A stretch of 64,000 nucleotides of DNA. Origin: Haliotis cracherodii (lineage: Eukaryota). The DNA is taken from contig NW_027266343.1 in the NCBI RefSeq assembly GCF_022045235.1, positions 51,616,134 through 51,680,133 on the forward strand, read 5' to 3'. Positions 33,147 through 46,717 of this stretch are shown here, piece by piece; position 1 is the stretch's first letter, and each line of letters begins with the position of its first letter. A program made the position numbers and the translations under genes. The notes beneath the pieces were generated by a model. The model saw only the letters and a program-made list of their open reading frames with translations, ran no database searches and was not told the DNA's origin.

Positions 33147-36100
33147 TGTGTCGTCAATATAGACTTCCGCTGAAAAAAAAGTAAAATAAGATGAGTTTGC
33201 TTTTCGTGGCATCTGTTTTTCAGTGACTGAGTAAGTCCGTAAGTCTGCTAACTTTGCAGCATAGATCCAATATGAGTTTATAATGTTGAAGCATATGGTA
33301 TTTGTCTTCCCAATGTACCTCATTTGGCATTGGTAGCAAACAAAACCAGAGTGTGAACCAGACAATCCGGTGACTGGTGTTTAGAAAAACGTCCCACATC
33401 ATTGAGGTACAATGACAACTGAATGGGCTTCACAGAATGGGCTTCACATATTATACCCATGCGGGAAAAATCAAACATGGTTTTTGGCATGTCAAGCGAT
33501 TACTTCAACCACTATAAAGACTACATAGACGAGAGCTGCGCTTGAGTCCGGCAATCAAGACATGACCCTACATACCCCATAGCGGCTATCAGCTGCAGAC
33601 TACTTCACTGCCCTTAATGTGGTTGAAGAATATTACATTTAATATACATAAATAACATGAATTAAATTATAGAATAACATTAACAAATCTTTTAGTCATT
33701 GACCATGCACATACTATACATTACGGCTTACATTTAGTACATTGGAATTAATACATTGCTGGAGTCTTTCTGAAGCTAGTACAAGCATGGCAATAAGATG
33801 ACACAATAGAATCACTTAAGGAAGTCAATTGATTAATTTGGTTAGAGAAGTACATCTCGACACTTAGCTCTAGAACCACAACTGCAATCATCAGTAATAT
33901 TAATGAACGCCACTTACTTATATTATCCATAGGGAGTTTCTGGGCTAAACACCGGTTATGATCAAAACAAGCGAGGTATAGTTCAGTCCAGAAGCAGGAA
34001 AGTAATGTTATTCCTTTGTGGAGCTCTCTTGATTATCGGACGAGAAACTATTATCAAAACTAGGTTTCGAATGTATTTCTCGTCTGACACCACGCAATTG
34101 TTTCTTACCTTACTCTAACAACTGTTCAGTTGTATTCGTGCAATCCAGTTAAAATCCCTGACACAGCAAAACATGTAAATACACGCGATTAACCGCGACT
34201 GTTGAAATATTTTGCAATAAGTACTTAGCTGGTTAGAGTTACTTCCCTTTGTTTATACTTGCCCAAGCTCCTCCACAGCGCGTGACACCTTCGTTACACT
34301 CTCGGGCGAACGGGCTATCGCTGGGAAGAGCTTAATTGATACTTCTTCACGTATGGTCAACGCTTTTATTTATTGGGGATCTTTCCAGTAGGGGCGTATG
34401 TATAGACTTGCACATGTATATAAGTAAATTATTATTTTAATTCATATTTCCTAGATTATACAAATGATAAGAAAAAGTTGACCCATGAAAAGACTGACGC
34501 CCTCAGTCCTTGTAGGCCGGCTTATCTAGACTTGCCAAGGACTTGGATCTTGTCACTAGGGGCCATAGATATCCATGGTATAGTCTTTAGGCAAGGCTTG
34601 AGTAATCACGACACGGTTCAACTCCGGACCATTCGTCACCACTCGCCCCTTTCCGTAACGGGCTTGTCCCGGAAAAAACACCGAGTTGGTCACGAATGAC
34701 TCCGGCCGGGTTCTGTCTCAAACAATGAGTATTAGTTTAAATCATAATTCCTATATTACATAAATATTAAGAACAAGCTGTTCCTGCAAAAGACTGGTGT
34801 CCATAGATATACTGTCCTCTTATATTCACGTACTTATCTAGACTAATTCTTTCTTTCTTTTCTTCGAAAGAACGTTAATACTCTTCTGCTATTTTCATAT
34901 GGAATCAAGCAAACTAGACTTGGTTAGTTTGATCTAGGATTGCCTAGGCTTTTAATAAAAACATTTCTAAAAATATATATATTCCACAGTCATGGCGCCG
35001 GACTATAGGACTTATCATTCAGTACTGTATACATTTTAGGTTAGTGAACAAGGTTCTCGCTGTATAGAATGTAGCTGAGCTACCTGGTACCCTCCGCGCT
35101 GTTCGGCGACGATCGTGGTGCCTCATGGTTAAAAAAAACTTTGTTTGTGCACATGTAAGCCTTTGAAGACGGGAACCTTGTTATTGTCCTGTAATAGGCG
35201 ATGTGTGGTCAGTCTCGCTGACTTGGTTGATACATGTCATCGTATCCCAACTGCGTGGGTCGATGCTCATCATGTCAATCACTGGATTGTCTTGTCCAGA
35301 CTCGATTATTTACAGACCGCCGTCACATTGCTGGACTTTTGCTGAGCGCTGCGTTAAACAACAAGCAAAACGGTAGTGCTGTCGGACACTGCTAGCGAAA
35401 ACGACACCAGTCATTGTTGGAGAAAACAGACGCGTTAAAAAAAACGACAAAGGAAATGATAGTAATTGATTATAAGTTATTCTGTGTTGCAAACATTTAT
35501 AAAGTAGCACAGATTATTTGATATTTTAAAAAACAAAACTTCATACCTGAACAACAAAAATGATATGTACGTTATTTTGCATAATTTTTATATATACCGT
35601 ATTGCCGGGTTGTGATAGTACAGTAAAAAAAAACCTGTACGCTCTAGGTCCTACAACAGACGTCTGTAGCGACCAGAACTGGGATACGACCAATCCCCAG
35701 ACCCCAAGTTAACCAAGTTAACAGTACAGAGATATTGTATGGTTTCCTTTACATTATATATTAAAAGACAATTTAACCGATTTGCTTTCAAACATGTTCA
35801 CACCACAAGTCATCTGAACACGCTCCGTATTATAGATCCTCCCGGCATGACGATGATGATGGTGATGATGATGATGATGATACTTTCCAGTGAAAAGTTG
35901 GTTACAAGAACGCTGTGTGCTAAGGAGTCATCAAGATGCAAAGATGAAGAGGAAGGAATTAAAGCTAAAAACAACTATTGTCATGAAGCCGTTACAAAAC
36001 ACATGTCAAGAGATAATCGAATCACTTTGTAAAAAAAACTTTCTCAAAATACTAAAAACATCATAAAGCACGAAGTGCTTTAAAAAGATAACATTACAAC

Positions 36101-39011
36101 ATTGTATAGTTTGGGAAAACTTTCATTTTAGGGTGGATTTTCTACGATTATACATTGTTACACAGAAATATTTAGATATATTTAGTATCATAAATGAGTT
36201 CCAATATATCTAAGGGTCACTGACCTTCGCCGATTGTTGTTTACCTGTTTATTTACATTCCGAGCTGACTCCACTCATCCGTACCATAGCCAGTGTATTA
36301 GCAATGAATCCTTAACTAATTACACAGGCACTGATGTAATCTGAGCCAACTCACCATTTCGCCCGGTACCACCTCACATGGCCACTTGTTGATTCCAGCA
36401 GGCACCGCGGGAGGGGGGACAGGGAGGAGTGTTTGCGGTGTGAGGTGACATGAATCAACAAATAGCTAATGAGATACAGAGACTGAATGACAATAAACGA
36501 CGAGTATCTTTCATCTCCAATTACCCTGGAAGAGGCGATCCTGCTATTTAACACCTCCTCCCTATTCCCAGCCCCCCCCCCTTTTTCTGTCTCTCTAGCA
36601 GCCCCTTTCACGGTAACCAAAGACTGACGCTAAGGCTCTGAAGATATATAATTTTGATAGAAACAAGCATGAATTTGAAAAGAATCGCCAGTCAGATTGA
36701 AGTTTCAAATCTGAACCTCTGTACAATCTTTTATAAGTCAGGGTTGGCCAGAAGTTTGAATAGTAATACTGACGTTATTATTTTCTTTGTGATGATAGGT
36801 CGGCTCGCGTTAAAATATGAAAAAATAAATAAAACTATCACAAAGTACGAATGAACATGTAAAAATACATAAAAGTAATATTATCGATTCGTTTTAATGT
36901 TCAAATTTCACTTGTCATAGATGTTTCTTGAATGAAAGTCGCAAAAGTGTTGGTAAAACACGTATATGTCTTACAAATTTATAATTAAAAAAATACGAAT
37001 TATTTGTCGCAAATAAAATCTAACATAAACGGTCTTAAAACGCTGGACGTAGCGTCCAAGAGCTTCTACTTTCTAAAAAGTTCTTGTGTGTGGGGTGGGG
37101 GGGTGGGGGGGGGGCTCGTACAATTAGATTTGCTACCACTTAGAATTACCCTAGTTGCGCCCATGGTGCATAAAACTAAAATATATATATTTTGGGTCGG
37201 TGGGGAAGAGAAAACAAAAGAATCATTCGGCAAGACTTTCACATGTGTTCTAACCTTCATCAAACGTCAATAATGGCATTATGTTGAACAATGTAACCAG
37301 AATCAAAAAGATCAAAGAAAAGCGCCGCGCATGCACAGGTGTGCGTATATTGTAACTGAGGAGGTTATAAAACCTTGACTCATCATATTTACTGAATTGG
37401 AACTCTGGTACAGATCCATTACTATGCTCTGGAATAAAACTTTTCACTCATATACGCGGATATAGAGTAGGTGGTTGGGGTATTATCTCCCATGCAGTGT
37501 ACTAAGTACACCCACCCAACGCCACCCATACACTGGTTTGCCTGGTCCAGACTCGATTGTTTGTTTGTTTGTTTGTTGTTCTAACGCCTCACTCAGCAAT
37601 ATTCCAGCTACATGACGGCGGTCTGAAAATAATCGAGTCTGGATTAGACAATCCGGTGATTGACATCATGAGCATCGATCCACGCAATTTGGATACGATG
37701 GCATGAATCAATCAAGTTAGCACTTACATTCCTGCATGGGCTGTAGAAATCGAGGGCAGAAATGTCAAGCATGATAGCTGGGAAATTAAATTTAAATTAT
37801 TTTTCCAACTATATTGCAGTTTTGTAAAGGTCTCATAAGTGCATTTGTTCAGGAATACGTGAAATGCTTTGATCCAATGTTTAATTATATCATATTTCTA
37901 TTTTCAACCCGCATCCCTATATTTGTCTGTTCATACAAGGCCAGATTTGAAAAAAATGAAAAGCAGTGATTTTGTGTTAATATACTCTTATAAAAAATTT
38001 ATTAAAATACCATGATTAATATCTGTTGAAAACTCATCTTAAACATACCCTCTCACAATTGATGTTTCCCCTACTCAGCATTTTCATGAAATCAAAACAA
38101 ATATTTGACTTTTTCAAAATTCGCCCTACTGATCTGAATCCACGCAATACAATGTAAATTGCATCTTCACAGCTTCGTGGAGTTTTCGATAAGACCCATA
38201 TTAGTATTTCTATTGGCTGAGGTGTATTAAGATTATGGACATGGCTTCGTCGCTCATATTTTGTACATCATGGCAATGCATTAGATATTGGTTTACAGTC
38301 ATTGTGGCTCATTGTGGTACTCTTCAAATATATTGCGCCGTGTGTTTGATAAGGCCGTTTCATTACGACGTGGCAATACTGTAGCTATATTGCAAATTCA
38401 TGTAGTGTTACATTGTGTCACTGTCAGTCCATTCAGGTCCCACATTCTTCGCGTGTAAGGTCAAGTTGATGCTACTTAGTATTTACCATAATTATTAGCT
38501 GTATATGCATCTAAACGGGTTACATCATTCCTATATATATTGGAAACAATATTGTCAATGGCGCTGTTACATTTTTATATTACTACATGATTTCCGCTGG
38601 CATGCTGAAAATATATTATATTGCTACTTCACGTACTTAAATTATCATCATTGTATTTTGCGTGCTTCATCAAAAATAACTTTAATGGCTGAGATACAAA
38701 ATATCAAACTGATCGACATTTCTGATAAAAAAGTTACTTCGTTACCCCAACGACTTTGGTGTCACGTGATTTATGTTTACAAATAATGTAAGCTCCGCCC
38801 AATTGTTAATTGACGGGAAAACCCAAGCCAATGAAAAGCGTTGGCGGCCTGGACGTATGGCGAGTTATAAAATGCACGTGGAATCCGTGCGCTGTCACAC
38901 GTGCCAGGTGCAAGAGTCGTCAGTGCTGCCCAAATTCTATCACCCAAGGCGGCGCACCATTGACCGAGGCTACCATCTTTAACTCGGAGGCGACCTGTGG
39001 CTGATTCAACA

Positions 39012-39899
39012 ATGCTACTACACCCTGTGCTGGAACCTGACTCCGGGGACTGTCGTACGACTGACGACTTTGAACTACTCGCTGGGGATGGTGTTCCAAA
39101 CCACCAAAGCCTACTACTCCCTCAGATCCCCAAATTCACGCCACAGCTCGCCAAGAAGAAAATCTTGTCCGCCAAAGAAGACTTCATAGGTAGGAATGAC
39201 TCCGCGTTTAGCGACGTGTTATGTCTGGGGAACGACCACATCTACGACCCCTACCAGGACTACTTTGGGTTGTGTCAGGAGTTCGCCGGGGGCCGGGGCG
39301 AGCTGAGCCCTAGTTCCGATATTTCCCTGTCATCGGACGAGAGTAGCGACAGCTTCAAATATGCAAGTTTCCAAGCTTCAAATCCATCGCTTGTGAATTC
39401 GAATTTCAGCAAGTTAGACCAGGAAAGACTTTGTGCTTTGACGACGGCGGAATTCGAAAGAAACGGAACTACTTACGAACTGGACGAGTATGACATCATA
39501 CAACAAAAGGTGCGTGGGCACGAACCCCCCACCCGCGAGATCCCGGTTGTTCCAAATGATCGGATCAAGGAATACCTGTGGCTCAAACAGTGCAAGACAG
39601 CCCGTGGCGATGCCACACAACTACAGGTGCAGGGGAAGAAAAAATCGAAGTTGATCTGTGTATTCTGCAAGAACAACAAAGAACCTCCACACGTGTACAC
39701 AGGACATGTTTTGAAGGATTCCCGTGGGTATACGGCGTGCCCAGTGTTGAGGAAGTACCCGTGTCCAATCTGCCAAGCCATCGGGGACCACGCCCACACC
39801 ATCAAATACTGTCCCTTCAACAACGACTCAGAGTTTCGAACCAGCCCCTCTCCTCTCCGTACGACGCGCATGGCCACAGGTAAAAAGCGTCGAACATGA
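39012..39899 (+). CDS. nanos: Nanos-family RNA-binding protein, single exon; 295 aa from the ATG at 39012 (ORF track starts at GTG 38997)
   Basis: C-terminal tandem CCHC Nanos zinc fingers [56 protein letters not shown]1-interacting-like motif [12 protein letters not shown]; stop TGA at 39897-39899. Confidence 0.9.
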   Translation: MLLHPVLEPDSGDCRTTDDFELLAGDGVPNHQSLLLPQIPKFTPQLAKKKILSAKEDFIGRNDSAFSDVLCLGNDHIYDPYQDYFGLCQEFAGGRGELSPSSDISLSSDESSDSFKYASFQASNPSLVNSNFSKLDQERLCALTTAEFERNGTTYELDEYDIIQQKVRGHEPPTREIPVVPNDRIKEYLWLKQCKTARGDATQLQVQGKKKSKLICVFCKNNKEPPHVYTGHVLKDSRGYTACPVLRKYPCPICQAIGDHAHTIKYCPFNNDSEFRTSPSPLRTTRMATGKKRRT

Positions 39900-41282
39900 A
39901 GAGTTTACCAGAGTGTGTATACTGTTACATTCCACCTTTGAAGTGTGTTGTTATAACGGGGACTCGTAACGCATCCACTTTTCCAGATGAATGGAGCTGA
40001 TTTTATTCGCAACTGATTTTAATCTTGACTCGAATGAGAAATTGATGATGAACTCGCCTGTGTTGTGTATGATATTAACTATCTAGTTTTGTTTATTGTT
40101 TAGCCTAGGAACACGTGAATGTGTTGAAGAGGAGTGCTGTGTTCAAAACGAGTTTACCGTTTTGACAAAGAATACAGTGCTTATGTGTTAAAATGCAGGG
40201 ACATTTTAACAATGTATGTGGTGCAATGGACTGTCAAATTTGGAGACGTTTTAGTTTGAAAAAAAATCATTCTCAGAGTACGTTATAAGAATTAGCTTGA
40301 AATTTTACATTTTAGGATTTCAGAGTTTTTGTTGAGTTTCCAGTAGATCTTAATTATTGTGCATTTAATGATTTTATTTATGATGCTTTAGCATGTAGGA
40401 TTATACGTCATTGTAAATTTGAAATTTTAGAAGTTTCCGACAGTTTTATTGATATGTTATTTTATGACCGCCAGTATCGAATACTGATGGAATATGCCTC
40501 CTGTAAATAGGGCGACTTTGTAAAGGCTCTGCTGTATTGAGAAGTAGTAGTTTTAGTATCATAGAATATAGATGTAATTCATACAATATTGTTTGTTTTT
40601 CTTTGTCAAATGACATTAGTTTACCGTGAAAGGAACGATCGTTTAAACATGCATATGCTTAAAATATGTACTGTAATTAACACTCGCACGTGTGTTAACA
40701 AATGAGTGTGGGTTATGTGTGTGTTAACCCCGACAGTCGTGTTCCCAGCAGCCTTTGCTGATCGTAAGAGTGAGTCAGTCAAAACAACGTCGCATCGGCA
40801 TTATTTCAGCCACATAGCTACCAAATGGATCGGGGTAACTTGTTGATTGCCTGTCATCGTAACCAAACGACGTGGACCGTTGCTCATAATATCGATCACT
40901 GGATTGTTTGGCCCAGAATCGATATTTACAGGCCGCCGTTATATAGCTGGAATATTGTTGTGTGCGGAATTAAAAACAAGAGTGCAATAATCTTGAACGC
41001 GAAGTTACATCATCTCATCAATTCAGTGAGGCTAGAACTATAAAACCAACCAACCAACCAACCAACCGTACTATAGTACACAGTATTTTATCAACTCGTG
41101 AACCAATCACATATCACCATCCTGACATGGATACATGATAAGCATTTATGTAAGTGCAAGAATCGTGTACACAATGTTATAACCAGTTTCATGTCGCCTT
41201 AATGTTGGAGGAAATTACAACAGTGACGCAGGTCTTAATAATGCTGTATGCTCAAACCCATGTCCTCGTGAAATGTACTTGG

Positions 41283-41478
41283 GCCTGTGTGGGTCAGGAT
41301 GCAGTGAGGGGCGATGGGGTAGCCTAGTTGTCAAAGTGTTCGCTCGTCACGCCGAAGACCCGGGTTCGATTCCCCACATGGGTAAAATGTGGGAAGCCCA
41401 TTTCTGGTGTCCCCCGCCGTGTTAGTGCTGGAATATTGCAAAAAGCTCGTAAAACCATACTCGCTCACTCACCCTATG
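41283..41478 (+). mobile_element. tRNA-derived SINE family A, sense copy
   Basis: tRNA-like head ggggtagcctagttg...cccgggttcgattcc with A and B boxes; body gctggaatattgc; (ACTC)n-type tail. A second sense copy is at 51662-51838. Confidence 0.8.
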
Positions 41479-44400
41479 ATGCCGTGACCATGATGCATCT
41501 AGACTAAAACAACACATTTTAACGTTCAGTGTAAGGGAGCACCCTGTTGATTTTCTTCCCGGGGGTGGGGATATGGAAGCCCCTTCATTGTAGGAAAGTA
41601 TATGATATGCCCTTTTCTCAGACTGTGTCTAAAGAATAAAGTTCATCATTTCGTTTTATTTATGAAAGTAAGTGATCCCTTCCCCTACCCCTCCCGAAAA
41701 TCGCGATAGAACAGGTCTTCAGCAACCCATGCTTGCCGTAAATGGCGACTATGCTTGTCGAAAGAGGCGACTAACGATCGGGTGGTCAGGTACCCTGACT
41801 TGGTTGATGCATGTCATCGATCCTAATTGCTCGGATCGATGCTCATGATATCTATCACTGGATTGTATGGTCAGACTCGATTATTTACAGACCGCCGTCA
41901 AGTAGCTGAAAATCAAATGATTGCCCCCTAACGAGGTGCCATGCTGCATGTCACCATGACGATGGATACAATCTTCATAAGAGTGGTGGACGCATCTCGG
42001 GCATACCTGTTTTTGTTTTTTATCCCCCACCTAACAAAGTTGGCGGGGGATATAGAAACGGGCTCCGTCCGTCCGTCACGTTTCGTTTCCGGAGCATAAC
42101 TCATAAACCGTTCAATATTTTTTCATCAAACTTTGCAGGTCTGTCAGGTACATGCTGAACTGGTGCCTTTTGCTATTGAGAAGTTTTAGAAATGTTTATT
42201 TTTTACGTTTCCATGGCAACAAGATTGACTTGGGTTCTGTGAGGCTAGGGTTCGTTTCCGAGCATAACTCATAAACCATTCAATATTTTTTCATCAAACT
42301 TTGCAGGTCTGTCAGGTACATGCTGAACTGTTGCCTTTTGCTATTGATAATTTTTTATTTTTTACGTTTCCATGGCAACAAGATGGACTTAGGTTCCAAA
42401 CTCATCTTTTTTTACAATTTCCATGACAAGTTCTACCTCGGTTAAAAGAGGTTAGGGTTTGTTTAGATTCAATTATGTCATAAATTCTGCAACAGGGGCG
42501 GGGGATATAGCCACGTTAGTGGCAAACTCTTGTTTAAACTATGAAAGGAGGAGATGATAATTAGTTTTCTTAACACGCTGTTTGTCAACAGCATTTCATC
42601 AAGATATATTTAGTGAATGGATGACAGACCGATTTCTACCGATAATTAATCTCTAAGACAGAAAAGCCTCGGATTTGATGACTGAGAATTTTTTCTTTTG
42701 TTCTGCGCTGATAAGTACTTTATTTTTGTAAACATGCAGATTCCCGCCCTGGTTGAGAAGATTTCATCATGTGCAGTACGTGCAAGGTCACCTAGCCTCC
42801 ATGTTGTGCGGCGCTGTCTGTGTTTTGTCTGCCACGCGCGGCACAACATGCACGTGATTATTGCAGAGATGTGGGCGGGGCACAAAAGCAAGACACGGTA
42901 CATGGTGTCGAGTATACAATTGTTAGCCCGTGCTTTTACACACGCCACGCGCACTTCTGGCAGGATACAATGTACATCGGATTACTGGGAGAAAAACTAG
43001 TGTCTTAATACGTCTTCGAAAATATGTATATAATGTAGTGATAAAAAACTACTTACAGGAAGCGTGGTCATGAAATAACGTAACAATAAAATGGACAAAT
43101 CGTTTCCTAGTTTCAACGACCTTCGAACGTTCAACAGTTAAATTGTCTTTTAATGTAGAAAATCATTCTTTTCGGATGCCATTTCTGTTTCAGGGTTTGT
43201 ATTAGAAATTACGATAAATGAGGGTACCAAGCTCCCATCCCCTCCCCTGAATCCCCAATACCATCTTAGTCTCATTCCGAGCCGTTTCATTCACCCCTGA
43301 ATCCCGAATACCACTGAACACGTCAGAGTGCGCTCCACAAAGGCAGAATGAAAACACGCAGATCACGTTCCTAGTTCATGAAAGGGTGTGATTTGAAGTT
43401 AAATTACCGAACGAATGAAGTAAAAATTATTAAGTATAAAAAGAACGTTTTGATGTATACCATAAATGATGTTTAAATGTTGAATCTGCGTACGATTTTA
43501 TTTGCGTCCCGCATACCACATGGCTTGGTCCCGAATACCCTCTAAATACACTAGTAAATAGACACCCGAATCCCGCTTACCAGCCTCATAAATAGTCGTG
43601 TTCCCAAATGGAAGGTGGCAGAGCATTACATTTAAATGTTGGTGTTGAGCGAGTGAATGAGTATGGTTTTACGCCGCTGTGGAGAATCGAACCGGGCCAG
43701 CCTCGTGACGAGCGAACGCTTCAACCACTAGGCTACCCCACCGCCCATCGGATTCGACTTTTTATTATGACTTGAATCAGTAGTCAGTATTTCAAAAATG
43801 TATGAATCTTTGTCACCTAACTGATGTATGGTTGTCTATCATGAAAGGATAAAGGATTTGTCGATGGCAACATATATTTTTTAAATAGTTTACAATTATG
43901 ATCTATTTACTGTATAGCCACGACCTTTATACTTCTAGTATATAGTATTGCCAGAGCTCCAGATAAGTTTTTGAGCAATTGCGTTTTTGCTCGAAGGTTC
44001 CTATTTTAATTTGGTTATAACATTTTTCATTGGGTAACCAATATTTTTTCACTCATCTATTCATCACTCTATTGGGTTTTTTTTTCCAAAGTGAGTAAAC
44101 ATTTTTATGATTTCAAAAAATAATAATAATGTTTTAGATGTATATAAGGGTTCTAAGTATAAGCTTGACTCGGAAAGTAAACTTGCTCGTAATTGTGTTT
44201 CGAAAATTAGCTCCATTGTACGCATGCTGAAAAAGCTTCATTGGGTATTGACGCATGTTGTTTATACATTTGAGTTTTTCATTTAATGTACGCAAGTTAA
44301 TTGAAAGTAATTAGGTTTTGAATATTGTTTTGGGGTATTTTAGGCAAATACGCAGCTTATCTGCAGCTCTGTAATAATTGCTGAATTGAGTTTGTTATGC

Positions 44401-44494
44401 TTGTGGAGCCACCTGTTTCTAGTTTGTGTATTAAGGACAAAAATCACCCGGCTTGTTTATGAATTCCACACGCGTCATCCGGAGGCTTAATCTT

Positions 44495-44768
44495 TCTTTT
44501 CTTTTTGACGTCGACCCGTGAAGATCCGAGGTGGAATAGGTCGTCAGCAACCCATGCTTGCCGTAAAAGTCATTTGTGCTTGACGCCAAGGGCGACTAAC
44601 AGGATCGGGTGGTCAGGCTCGCTGACTTGGTCGATGCATGTCGTCGTATCCCAATTGCGTGGATCGATGCTCATGATGTCAGTCACTTGATGGTTTCTGG
44701 TCCAGACTCGATTATTTACAGACCCCCGTCCCATACTGGAATATTGTTGAGTGCGGCGTTAAACAACA
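44495..44768 (+). mobile_element. SINE family B, sense copy (head gacccgtgaagatccg...ggtcgtcagcaacccatgcttgcc; (AAC)-rich tail)
   Basis: sense copies also at 45683-45925, 41695-41905, 35190-35350 and 40805-40965; antisense copies at 11196-11395, 17280-17525, 18705-18925, 21812-21958, 37558-37725, 48238-48400, 52958-53200, 56858-56995 and 59030-59295. Confidence 0.8.
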
Positions 44769-46717
44769 AACAAAAGCATTTAAACTTATAATTATTGCCT
44801 TTGAAATTTTGTGCAAGTCTAATATTACCAGTTTAATGTAAATTATTTTAATGTATAGTATGACATATTTTGCTCCCAAACTAGACTTACACAAGTCTCT
44901 AAGGCAATAATTAATAGTTTAAATCATAAGTTCTAGATTATGTAAATACTAAGAACAAGATGTCCCTATAAGAGACTGGAGTACTGTCCACATATCTAGA
45001 CTTGCCTATTAGGAGGGTTGTATTATTACACATCCGTGGTCTTTTCTTTCAGTACAGCCTTGGAGCAAGACTACTCTATACCACTGAAATAAAATTAATC
45101 TTAAACTGAAATTGAATGTGAACGTCGTTGTGGTACACTGACGCACAAACATAGAGGTCAAACATGACCAGCTCCTCATGGAGTAGAGCCTTGGGGTGAG
45201 TGAGTTGAATTTAACGCCGTTTATATCTCGACGTGTCAGCTTGATGTGGGAGGAGGGCCCGAAGTGATGCAGGTCTCAGACGTCTAGCACTCTGATGTAA
45301 CCTACAAGCACGGGTCTGGTGCTGACAAACCTAGAAACATAATCGGGGCGAACCGGGATTCAAACCCACAATCATAGGTTTCCGGTGTGCCCAAGGGAAG
45401 AGCCCTGGTAACATGGTGGTGTGTTGTAGTTACTACGGATTGTGTTGTTCGATGTAAATAAAACAGTTGGTCCACTGTTATCATAACACACGTAATTTGT
45501 CAGGAAAGGAATCAGTCGTATCAGCGATCATACATGTGTATAAATTTATGGAAATCACCAAGACTCTTTAATCAACATCGACACACCACACTTCATTTGG
45601 CCTTGTCAGCAAATCGCAGTAAGCTTTTAAATCGTCACAATGTGTACAACATAATATCTGACTTGATCATTATAATTATATATGGCCCGTGAAGATCCGG
45701 GGTAGAATAGGTCTTCAGCAACCCATGCTTGCCGTAAAAGGCAACTATGCTTGTAAAAGGCGACTTTCGCGATCGGGTGGTCAGGCTCGCTGACTTGGTT
45801 GATGCATGTCATCGATCCCAATTGCGTGGATCGATGCTCATGTTGTCAATCACTGGATTGTCTGGTCCAGACCACCGTCATATAGATGGAATATTGCTGA
45901 GTGCGGCGTTAAACAACAAACAAACAAACATTATATATGCCGAACAAAAATTGTTAGGGATCATGATAATGTTTTGAATATTTATTTTGTAATGACAAAC
46001 TCTGTAATTATCTCAAGGGCTCGGCAAATGTACGCTATAAATCCCTAGATCCATTACTGTGGTTCTCGCGATCTCAAATTACCCAACCTTGATTTTCATT
46101 CGCCAATTTGATTTGCCAAAGTATACACAATTTATGGATACCATCTTTATTTTACTGTAAAGGCGACGTTTCGGTATAGATCGGATAGATCCTTATACGG
46201 TTGTCACGCAAGGATAAATATGATTTGATTTGCTACGCCACTCTAACTAACTGACCTTTAAGATTGCGAGTTGGCGATATCAACAACATGGCGACAGGTT
46301 CCACTCATTCATATAGGGTTTGCGAGATATTCAACATTGAAAAACTATCTGACACGCAAAAGAAAGCCCTAAAAATTTGTTTGATGGATAGGGTGAATTC
46401 ATTTCCATCATGACTGGCAGTGGCAAGTTCTCCTGTACATATTTACCTTTTCTTTATTTCGATGTTTCATTGGTCGTTAAAATGTTAGCGAAAGTCAAGG
46501 ACGGATAGGATGCTGCTGCCCCCCCCCCCCCCCCCCCCCCAAAAAAAAATAGTCATGATCCCTAACTTTTTTTTGTCCAGTATACATTTAAATTAAACCG
46601 GATACATCAATCCAGGGGCGAGCAGGAGACATTCATCGTAAATTACCGAAGACTTCAAAATGGAACAATGACCTTCAGTTTTCCCCAGACTGTTGTTACA
46701 ACAGGGCAATATTTCCT

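Noticed and set aside
35739-36032. 97-aa plus ORF containing MTMMMVMMMMMIL
   Set aside because: Driven by an (ATG/GAT)n microsatellite; no motifs and no splice context.
42646-43008. Overlapping ~100-aa ORFs on both strands
   Set aside because: No motifs, and mutually antisense; most likely chance ORFs in a locally GC-richer segment.
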